DNA of 64,000 nucleotides from Podospora anserina (Eukaryota): NCBI GenBank assembly GCA_017654855.1, contig CM030332.1, positions 6,634,001 to 6,698,000 of the forward strand, read 5' to 3'. Shown piece by piece: positions 22,101 to 31,198 of this stretch (position 1 is its first letter; each line of letters starts with the position of its first letter). The notes under the pieces were generated by a model. It saw only the letters and a program-made list of their open reading frames with translations, ran no database searches and was not told where the DNA came from. The position numbers and the translations under genes were made by a program.

Positions 22101-22765
22101 GGCACATTTATTGAAGTGGGCCATTCTGGGCTTTGGCTTTGCAAGCCTACCTAGATACCTCGCCCTCATCACCGTTTCCCGTGAGATGCCGAGAGCGCGA
22201 TAGACGCTGCCACACACTTTTCTTCTTCTTTATTATTCACTGCCTTTTCGTATCTTAGACTTCAGATTGGAAACGAAACCTGTATTATTCGCTTCAGTAG
22301 TCCCACCCAGCATTTTAATGCTGGTATAATGTTGTGTGGGTAGCCACAACTGGCTCCACAAAGGGCTTAGGCCAACCTGGGCTGGTTTGTTTGGGTCTGC
22401 GGGATTTCTCGGTTTGCCTTTCCATAGTTAATATCAATCAACACTTTTATACCAACATATAAATTCACTTGTGCTATTCGCCTAGGTGGGCGAACGCGAA
22501 TAGGACCCGCCCGGGGCGAGTGCGCGTGAACAAGCAGGAAATTCGAGCGCGAGTGAACAGCTAGAAGGTTTGAGCGAGAGTGAACTAGGTACCGGGGAAT
22601 TTAACTGGTACTAGGAAATTTGTAATATAAATCTTCTGGAGAGTCAATCCTTCCTCTTCTTTTTCGCACACTATCACTCCCGCTTCTAGAGATTCTTTTC
22701 ACCTCAGTCAACCATCAACTCAACCACTCTGTGAAACCGTCAAAATCCACAGCCATTCCCTCAAC

Positions 22766-23295
22766 ATGACCGCGATGTCTTCTTCGAACAATTTTGCAAG
22801 CGAATCCGCCCAGAAGACCATTGAAGCCATCATCAAGAGTGGCGTTGCCAGCTCTGGCAGCTTTAACGCTGCTTCAAGTCGCACACCTCGTGCCCTTTCT
22901 GACATCATTTTCAACCCTAAAACTAGGGGAAAGTCTGCCAATGAGAAGAAGTACGTGATTGTTTAGAGCCCTAATCTACTTACACAACATGTGTCATCAA
23001 TGCTGACTGGTTGAAATATAGTGCTGGCGAAAGTAGAGCCTAAACGCGAATTTAGTGGCGTAGGGCCTTTTTGAGAAAGAAGCAAGACATTTCGACTGGG
23101 ATCCAATGGGATAATTGGTCGGCAAAAGCGAGAGGATAATGGCTTTGGCAAAGAGATATCAATGACAGTAGGTCATTGCTTGATGGGTGATACCTTGTGA
23201 AAATCAAGCCGTGCGTAGAAGAATACCTATTAAATTGGTATAAAACTAAGCGAGTGATAAAACTATATGTAGTAAATCCAAGAGAAAGCAAATGA
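22766..23295 (+). pseudogene. Small spliced gene inactivated by RIP-like stops, unknown product
   Basis: TATA-like box ~22623, CT-rich leader, CAACATG start, intron GTACGT..GCTGAC..TAG (22951-23021). Exon 2 has in-frame TAA, TAG, TAA, TGA stops within otherwise open sequence. Confidence 0.45.
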
Positions 23296-25113
23296 ACGTA
23301 AGATTGAACCGAGCCTGATTATCTACATTCCATTCTCATGCTTCTCATATGCTCAAAACCAATCTCGTTGACTTCCACTCCGTCGCAGTACACATAGTCA
23401 TTACCCCAAGCTTCACAACCCCCACTAGTCAATGCACCTTGGGGTTCCACCCGAGCTGGTGCAAATCGCAGTATCACAGTCAGTGATTTTTCCATACACC
23501 TCTGACCCTAATGTTACCGTTGGCATAGTACCCCCTATCATGAAAGGTAAAGCCGTCCACATCGCCGGTCGAGATTCTGCCCGGGGGATTAGACACTCAG
23601 TTTTAGTCTGCTTTGAAGCTGGATAGTGCGGAGTACTGGCCTCATCAGTCATTGGTGTGCTACCTTCGTCTCAAATGTCTAGGCGAAGCAATTTTGAGGC
23701 ATTAGGGCCGCAATGATTGCTCCGTAAAGGATAGTACCCCAATCGCATCGGACAGGACGTTGAGGCTCAAAGCTCTTGCCATCTCCATTTGACTGGGCGT
23801 TTCTGTCAGTCCCTGCCTACCTTAGGTTAAGCTTCCCTCGAAAGAGAAGGCAGATATTGTTGGCTTTTATTCCTCTTGTTACTGACTCGCTTTGTGTACG
23901 ATGCTGCCAGTGCCTTCCGAATACAGAGCTTATGCCACTTGGAGAGGGGGTGAATTTAAAGAATGTCAGATCATAAGCGGGAGAAGAAAGGAGTGATGGC
24001 CAGCAGGGAAAGAACAGTAATAGATGAGGAAAATTTGTAGGCAGTTCTGATTGCCCCTTCCATAGTGGTCAGATGGCAGTAATTGCAGAATGTCACACCA
24101 ATCTTCACTGTGACATTGAACCCGACGCCGCTTGAGATCAACATTAGTCATTGCCGTATCTCTAGATATCATCATAATATCCATTCGGTATTTCTAGCCC
24201 TTTCTTCCTCCATCATTGTGGCCGGTCAGCAGTTCAACGTTGCACCTCAAGAGCACTTCGTACATCATGTCGCCGGAAACTACCCACGCATGACCTGGCT
24301 CTCGGACAACACCCATTCTTCTCGGCTTTACCAGCTTCGGACCAAACGGCGAGCGTATCCTCAAAATATCCCACAGCACAGACCAAGGAAGAATACAGTG
24401 CAATCCCTGCTTGACCAAACAAGGCCTCGATAAAGGCAGCTTTTAGCTGTGCACCGACAAACGGCGTTTTCCAACTGGTTGGTCATCGGACCGTTGGAAA
24501 CACTGCCAGCTTCCGGCCAGGAATTATGCAGTTGCACAACAGTGCGCTGCTATCCGCATATGAGACCGGAGGAAGGGTCCGTGGTAGGCTTTTGTCATTT
24601 ATCCCAGTGTCAGTTCGGACCCCAATGAGTTTAACACTTGTGATAGCTCCGTCGGAGTAAATGCTAATTATTGATATTATAGATCACGGATCATTGAGTT
24701 CCTTGGCGGGATGTTCATGATAAAAAGGCCCATTTGCAGACCTTCCTGTTCAGCGACCTTGTTATCCACCCGAAACACACCCCCTGACGTCTTCACCTTA
24801 GCACATTTGCTTCCTTCCACAATCATGAATGCGGCGAGGCGGCTAATGGCGGCTTCTTCAAGGCATTTCCTCCATTGGATATCTATCTGCACAAGCGGAC
24901 AAATTTCTCCAGCTTGCGCATGTGGAGGTGAGGCCTACTGCAGAATGCTCGGAGGCCCAATAGGAAGGTAGTCGGGCGTTTGTATCTTCCAATATGTTTT
25001 TTCCACCAACACTGCGATCGCTTCCTCCATTCCAACTCTCCACTCATCTCCTCTGTTCCAGAGCCCTTCGCCGGTTTCAAACACCTCTTTCACTCAGGGG
25101 ACTGGAGCTCAAC

Positions 25114-28100
25114 ATGGCAACTCTCGATACCCTCAAAAAGGCCCTCGTGAAGAAGGCAGCCGCGACCACCACGGCAAAGCAGTCATTGTCCGACGAGCAA
25201 TACAGTGCCGGTTTTGACTTTTTCTTGAAGGATCCGGCATGGAAGACTTATCAGGACTTCATCATACCTCAGCTATCGCAGCTTTTGAGTCCGCTCTTCC
25301 AATCCCGCCTTCGCATATCTGTGCTGGAAATTGGACCTGGCCCAAAGAGCGTGCTTGGACACTTGCCTGACGACCAAAGACAAAAGATCACAAAATACGA
25401 TGCTTTTGAGCCGAATAAGCTGTTTGCTTCTAGATTGGAAGAATGGCTTCGATTCAAACCCTTCCCAAATCTGGAACACGCCGCCAGCCTCGACCGTTCT
25501 GCTTTCACTTCGCGTGTCGATGTGTACAAGACTCCCGGTTCCCAGGAGCAAAGATTCGATGTCATCCTCTTCTGCCACAGCATGTACGGCATGAACCGGA
25601 AACATGAGTTCATCAACAAAGCCGTGAACATGCTTCCTGACCGGCCGGGAGGTGGGATGGTTATGGTGTTTCATCGTGACAGCCTTCAAATCGAAAATAT
25701 GGCCGCTGATCGAACCTTGACCTTCCCCACAGGTGTGGTAAGCGTGCCAGACACCGACGATGATCTCGACTCTTTTGCACAATTCATCGCTGCGTCAGTT
25801 TCACATGATGATTCCCTTCGAGCTTCCTGGCGAGAAGTTTGTCGTGGGCTGGGACTTCGCGACACTGTACACTCAGGAAGGATATCTTTCAGCACACCTG
25901 AAATCATGACCGTCTTCACTCGAGATCTGGGCTACAGCGGTCACTTGACGCTAGTGCAGGAGCTGAGGGCAGTGAAGAACAGACAGGCTGGCCGACGCCA
26001 TCCCAGGGGAATCAAACAGCCTAAGAATCTCGAATCTATTCAACAATGCGTGAATTGGGCACTCAAGAAGAGGACGGGTTTGACTGTTTTGGGCGGCGGT
26101 CATAGCGGTCATTGTCTCTGGTATGGCATCACGGCGATTGATATGGGGATCCTGAAGAATGTGTATGTGGTCACAGCTGGGAATACCATGTCAAGTTCCC
26201 TAATCGTCGCTGAGTCGGGTTGCAGCACTGGAGATATCATCCGGAGATGTGTTGCAGACGGTCTCACAGTGCCTCTTGGGCCGCGACCCAGCGTGGGGGC
26301 AGGGCTTTGGCTACAAGGCGGTATCGGCCATCTGTCTCAGCTCTATGGACTGGCGTGTGATGCAATTGTCGGTGCGGTAGTGGTCAGTGTCGATTCCGGT
26401 AAGGTTCTCAGCGTTGGTCATGTTCCCGATCAGCATCGACCTACCCATGCAGTGCAGGTGGATGGCAAAGATTTGCTACGGGCTATCAAAGGTGCTGGGA
26501 CCAACTTTGGCATTGTCGCCAGTGTCACTTTCAAGGCCTGTCCAGCTCCAACATATACTGTGCGGAGCTGGGTCCTTTCGTTCAACGACTTGGTTTCAGC
26601 CAGGGCCAAGCTGAGGGAGTTTGACAACCTCTTTGCCAGAACCCTGCCTAGGAGCTGCTCAGCGGACGCCTATCTTTTTTGGAACCAAGACCGGTTGCAT
26701 CTTGGCGTAACAATGTTCGAGACCTCCACTGCCACTAGTTGCGTCCCATTGATCGCTTTGACGAGGGCTTACAAGATTTTCGGACCGGAGAGAGGCATTC
26801 AGACTGTGGACAGCATGGGTGTGTTCGATACTGAGATGTACATGTCAGAGATGCACGGTGGTCATGGGGGTGGCAAGACGTCCTCTTTCAAGCGATGCTT
26901 GTTCTTGAAGAATATTGGAGAGGATACTATCACCACCATCTTGTTGAAGGCCATCGAAAGCCGACCTACGCCACTATGCTATCTTCATCTCCTCCAAGGT
27001 GGTGGTGCCATCAACGACGTGCCAGCAGACGCCACCGCGTTTGGGTGCAGAGATTGGGATTTTGCGTGCGTGATCACTGGTGTTTGGCCTCGTGATCAAG
27101 ATGGGAGTAAGCAGGCTACAGCTGCTGTGTGCTGGGTGTATGAAATTGCTGAGATATTGCTGCCTCTCAGTACTGGCGCCTATAGTGCCGATCTTGGGCC
27201 AGACCCCCGTGATGCAGCTCTGGCAGCCAAAGCCTTTGGGCCAAACCTTCAGCGACTTGCTCGTCTCAAACAGCGATGGGCCCCCAACAACGTATTAGCC
27301 TATTCCTACCCACTCCCGGCACCGCCTAAAGATCCGAAACTCATCGTCCTCGTCACCGGTGAAAGCGGCGCTGGTAAGGACTTTTGTGCTGGAGTCTGGG
27401 TCTCTCTCTTCACCAAGAACAGCATCACATCGAGTGTCTCAAGCATAAGCGAAGCGACTAAACGCGCATATGCCACAGCCAGTGGTGCTGACTTGAACCG
27501 CCTCCTTGAAGATCGTGACTACAAGGAGCAGCACCGAACGGCATTGACGACGTTCTTCCAAAACCAAGTTAACGAACGGCCTCAACTCCCACGGGAACAT
27601 TTCCTTGAGGTGGTGCATGGTGCAGATTCCGATGTATTGTTCATCACGGGCATGAGAGACAAGACGCCTGTAGTGGCATTCTCCCACTTGGTGCCTGGTA
27701 GCAAGCTTTTGGAGGTCAGAATCGAGGCCAGTGAGAAGATTCGACGGGTTCGCCGGGGATTGGAGCCGAGCGGTGCCACTGATGAGAAAGCTGAGAAGCA
27801 CACGCCCAGCATCACGATCTCTAACAATGCAGAAGGGAAGTCCGCTGCGATAGCCGCTTTTAATAGGCACTTGTTGCCCCTCATGCTTCCATCCCTCCAA
27901 CGTCTGAGAGACATAGTCCGCCAGATCACTGACTTTCCAAAGACTGACATCAACTTTCGTCATATCCTTGGAGTCTCCCAGACCCCTGGTGGATTATCGC
28001 TCTGCACATCTCTTCTACAGACACATTTCACTGGTGGTTGGTCGCAAATCTCGTCGATTGTATGCGTTGAGACTGGTGGTTTCATCTTTGCTTCTGCACT

Positions 28101-28476
28101 GGCGTTGAAAGTGGATGTCCCGCTCGCTCTGGTGCGTGAGAGGGGCAAGCTGCCACCGCCAGTTGTCTCCATGGCCAAGGACGTGTCGCATATCTCAGGT
28201 ATAGCTGGAAATAAGGAGCCTAATGAGGTCATGATTGAAATGGAGGTCGGTGTCATCCCCAAGGGCGGAAAGGTGGTAGTGGTGGACGATGTGCTCGCTA
28301 CTGGAAAGACACTTTGTGCGGTACTCAAATTATTGATCAAAGCCGGGGTGGAGATGAAGAATATTTCTGTGATGGTTGTGGCCGAGCTTCCATTTCACAA
28401 GGGCAGAGAGTTGTTGTACAATGAAGGTTTTGGCAGCGTCAGCATTCAGAGTCTACTGGTTTTTGGGGGTGCTTAG
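25114..28476 (+). CDS. Intronless four-domain enzyme: SAM methyltransferase-like + FAD-binding PCMH/BBE oxidoreductase + phosphomevalonate kinase-like P-loop kinase + adenine phosphoribosyltransferase-like (about 1120 aa)
   Basis: VLEIGPGP and FDVILFCHSMYG (MTase fold). TVLGGGHS, GGIGHLSQLYGLACD, IKGAGTNFGIV, FGPNLQRLARLKQRWAPNNVL (FAD/BBE). VTGESGAGKDF..SISEATKRAYA..DLNRLLEDRDYKEQHR (animal-type PMVK). DFPKTDINFRHI, ETGGFIFA, RERGKLP, VVVVDDVLATGKT (APRT). CAACATGG start chosen. Confidence 0.9.
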   Translation: MATLDTLKKALVKKAAATTTAKQSLSDEQYSAGFDFFLKDPAWKTYQDFIIPQLSQLLSPLFQSRLRISVLEIGPGPKSVLGHLPDDQRQKITKYDAFEPNKLFASRLEEWLRFKPFPNLEHAASLDRSAFTSRVDVYKTPGSQEQRFDVILFCHSMYGMNRKHEFINKAVNMLPDRPGGGMVMVFHRDSLQIENMAADRTLTFPTGVVSVPDTDDDLDSFAQFIAASVSHDDSLRASWREVCRGLGLRDTVHSGRISFSTPEIMTVFTRDLGYSGHLTLVQELRAVKNRQAGRRHPRGIKQPKNLESIQQCVNWALKKRTGLTVLGGGHSGHCLWYGITAIDMGILKNVYVVTAGNTMSSSLIVAESGCSTGDIIRRCVADGLTVPLGPRPSVGAGLWLQGGIGHLSQLYGLACDAIVGAVVVSVDSGKVLSVGHVPDQHRPTHAVQVDGKDLLRAIKGAGTNFGIVASVTFKACPAPTYTVRSWVLSFNDLVSARAKLREFDNLFARTLPRSCSADAYLFWNQDRLHLGVTMFETSTATSCVPLIALTRAYKIFGPERGIQTVDSMGVFDTEMYMSEMHGGHGGGKTSSFKRCLFLKNIGEDTITTILLKAIESRPTPLCYLHLLQGGGAINDVPADATAFGCRDWDFACVITGVWPRDQDGSKQATAAVCWVYEIAEILLPLSTGAYSADLGPDPRDAALAAKAFGPNLQRLARLKQRWAPNNVLAYSYPLPAPPKDPKLIVLVTGESGAGKDFCAGVWVSLFTKNSITSSVSSISEATKRAYATASGADLNRLLEDRDYKEQHRTALTTFFQNQVNERPQLPREHFLEVVHGADSDVLFITGMRDKTPVVAFSHLVPGSKLLEVRIEASEKIRRVRRGLEPSGATDEKAEKHTPSITISNNAEGKSAAIAAFNRHLLPLMLPSLQRLRDIVRQITDFPKTDINFRHILGVSQTPGGLSLCTSLLQTHFTGGWSQISSIVCVETGGFIFASALALKVDVPLALVRERGKLPPPVVSMAKDVSHISGIAGNKEPNEVMIEMEVGVIPKGGKVVVVDDVLATGKTLCAVLKLLIKAGVEMKNISVMVVAELPFHKGRELLYNEGFGSVSIQSLLVFGGA

Positions 28477-28602
28477 AGCACAAATAGAAGCACAGCACGC
28501 AGGTAAAACGATTCATGCTAGGTACTAAACTTGCACATCTTCAGACTATTTAATTACAAGCCAGAGTCATTCCATCATAAGAGCAAATGCAAATCCACAA
28601 AA

Positions 28603-28854
28603 TCAAATCCGCCCAATCCCCCCGCGTCCATTCTTCTTATGTCCAAAAGGTCCGCTACCGCCCCTACTATCCTTCCCCTCATCCCAGTGAGTGGGAATGC
28701 CGTCGTCATCTCCAAGCCAGTCATCACCCCCATCGTCATCACCTCCATTCCCAGGCCAACCAGGGAAGCCACCATTGCCCCCATCATCATCACCGCCATC
28801 ATCATCCCCACCAGGATTCCCATCATCACCACCGTCAGATCCAGAGTCGGATAG
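28603..28854 (-). other. In-frame 83-codon Gly/Asp-rich extension behind the lectin TGA-CTA stop (candidate read-through region)
   Basis: TGA CTA TCC GAC TCT GGA... reads LSDSGSDGGDDGNPGGDDDGGDDDGGNGGFPGWPGNGGDDDGGDDWLGDDDGIPTHWDEGKDSRGGSGPFGHKKNGRGGIGRI* with no internal stop. Confidence 0.65.
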
Positions 28855-29990
28855 TCAACTGTTCCCTGCGGTCAAGCAGACACCACCATCGACGTCCCAT
28901 GCATCAACACCTCCACTCTTGGCAGTCAAAGTCGCAGCGAAGACGTTGATCTCCTGGGTGGTCTCCTTGACCGGCTCGTAATGCAGGAGGTAAAACAAAA
29001 CGACAACATCAGGACTGCCCTTGACAATGATGGAGGCAAGAGAAGACCCCGGGATAGGGTTGTTGGCCAGCACAACCGGCTGCGGCTGGGTCACGGCGCC
29101 AGATGCATCGACTTTGAGCCGGAAGATCTGGTTTTGGAGGTCGGTCGTGTAGAAAGCCCAGAAGTTGGATTTGTCATCGACGGCGGTAATGGCTGAGTGA
29201 GCGGAGAGGGTGATGGTTTTATCGTTGATGGAGTAGGTTGCGTAGTCTGTGAGCAGGATGTTAGAAGAAATAGGGTATGTACAGAAGCTAACAGAGTCAG
29301 GGGCAAAAGTGGGGACTGACCGTTGGGTCCTTGATCTTGGGAGGAACCAAGTTCGAGTTTGTCATACTGGAAGAAGACGACCGGGTCGTCTGTGTCGGTG
29401 GGGTTGTTGTAGCGGATGACTTCGATTCCTGGCTGAGGGGGCACGGCAGTGAGGGCTGTGCCGACGAGAGGGGGGTCATCCAGGGGCGGGTTGCCAGTCT
29501 GCCATTTGTAGGTAGGGCTGTGGTTGACTAGGACGATGTTGCCTGTGTCCGATGTGTCCTGGTAGTACAGGCAGACGAAGTCGTAGCCTCCGTGGTTGAC
29601 AAGGCGGACAGCGGCGAGCTTGGAGTAAGGGGCGCACTGCCATCTCTGGTCGTAAAGCTCGCCTTCAACCCACTTGGTTCCGTTGAAGTATATGTCGCGG
29701 AGGTAGTTTTGCTTGTCGACGAAGAAGACGAGGCGTTTGGCGTTGTAGTAGATGGATTTGGAGTTGATGGCAGCGAGGGGAGTGAAGCGCTTGGCGGGAG
29801 CGCTGCCGGACTCTTTGGTGAGGCCTATGCCTGTTTGGTCGCCAGTGACTTCGTAGGTTGCGGGATTGCCAGCGAGCTTTCCCTTGATTTCAACAAGCTC
29901 GCCGTTGTAGGTTTGGGCGTAAGTGAAGATCTCGCCTGCATCGTTGACGCAGGCTGCGAGAGCAGTGTTTGGGAGGAAGTTGAAGGACAT
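28855..29990 (-). CDS. Fungal fucose-specific lectin-like beta-propeller protein (353 aa), 1 intron, no signal peptide
   Basis: Repeated blade motifs NTALAAC, FTPLAAI, RLVFFVDKQNYLRDIYFNGTKWVEGEL, YSKLAAV, CLYYQD, GTALTAV, GSSLASI. Intron 29247-29320 (GTCAGT..CTAAC..CAG) joins in frame to the 28855..29094 ORF. Confidence 0.8.
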
Positions 29991-31198
29991 CTTGATGATT
30001 GGGGATTGGATGGTATGGAAAGATTCTTGACTTGTGACTGATGCTGTTATTTCAGCTGACAGTTCTTGCTGGATTGTGAGTCTTATATGCTTTTTGACCC
30101 TCGGCGAGGAGCTCACTGCCCTCAGTACCTAGTATGGCTGTGTGCTTCATCAATTTCTACGTCTGTCATCCTTTTAGTGTCCCCGTTCTTCAGTGAAGAT
30201 ATCAAAACAATGGGTACATGCAAGAGGAGACTTCCCATTGGACTTTGGGCAACCTGCAGATTCCCCTCAACACATCCCCCAATTTTCCTTCCGTCAAATA
30301 ACATCGCCTCACTACATCTGAGCAGTATTCGGGCCTCTCGCTCAAGCCTTGGCATTCAGTCACAAGGTCGCAGTATTGCCCTCTGAGATAGGATCAACCC
30401 TCAGAAATGAAGCTGAAAACATCGCCAAATTCCTTCAGATTCACCGAACCCAGCTGAAAATCCCTAAAAGGGAAAGATTCTCGCTTGTAAAGGTTGTGAA
30501 TAAATGCATGCACTAGGAAACAGGGACAAGATCACCACCCGGCAGACATGGCATTGGAGTTGACAATTTTGTCTCAGCTGGCCACAATTGCGAGCAGCAT
30601 GAAATGATGCCGTTTTTCATGACCGTCATGTTCTTGAAAGTAACACCGCATATTTGACGAGCCGGAATAAATGTCCTGAAGCACGGGATTGGTGGCTTGT
30701 TTCTCGGCCCGTGTCTACATCCCTTTTGACCCCTCATCATGGTGCATAACCGACGGGCTGGACAGCGGCTGTCCCGTTGTCAGAACTTTGTGTCCAGTAG
30801 GTGGTCAGAACTTTGTGTAGGAGTGGATTGTGGCGCTGCTGAAAGAAGGATGCATGACAACTAGGTCGAGTTCACCAATGGATTCTCGTTGAAGCTTAGT
30901 CTCTACATGTTGGTGTGTAGAGTGGTTGTGAATACGGTAATGAATGATGGAGACAATGACTGAGGGCGTCTGCTGGCAAGGAGACCTACTTCTGACGCGT
31001 AAGCAGTGAGAACATTTCAGGGGCATAGATATGATACCTACTACCTTGGGAGAAAGAAACACTGGCAGTAGAGATTTGGGGCTTTTGCTATAAGAGGCTG
31101 AGTTTTGACGCTCTTCCCTCTCCTACAGACTGCAACAAATAAACACATTCGCTGAACATCAAGACTTCTGAATCTCGTTTCTCCGCTCATCGATTGTC

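Noticed and set aside
24994..25113. Upstream in-frame ATG extending the four-domain enzyme by 40 aa
   Set aside because: Weaker start context than CAACATGG at 25114 and CT-rich like a 5'UTR. Not excluded as a targeting presequence.
28575..28832. Met-rich 85-aa ORF (MVMMGILVGMMM...) as a copper-binding peptide
   Set aside because: Starts at GTG and is the shifted frame of the GAT/GGT repeats; third-position variation favours the Gly/Asp frame continuous with the lectin.
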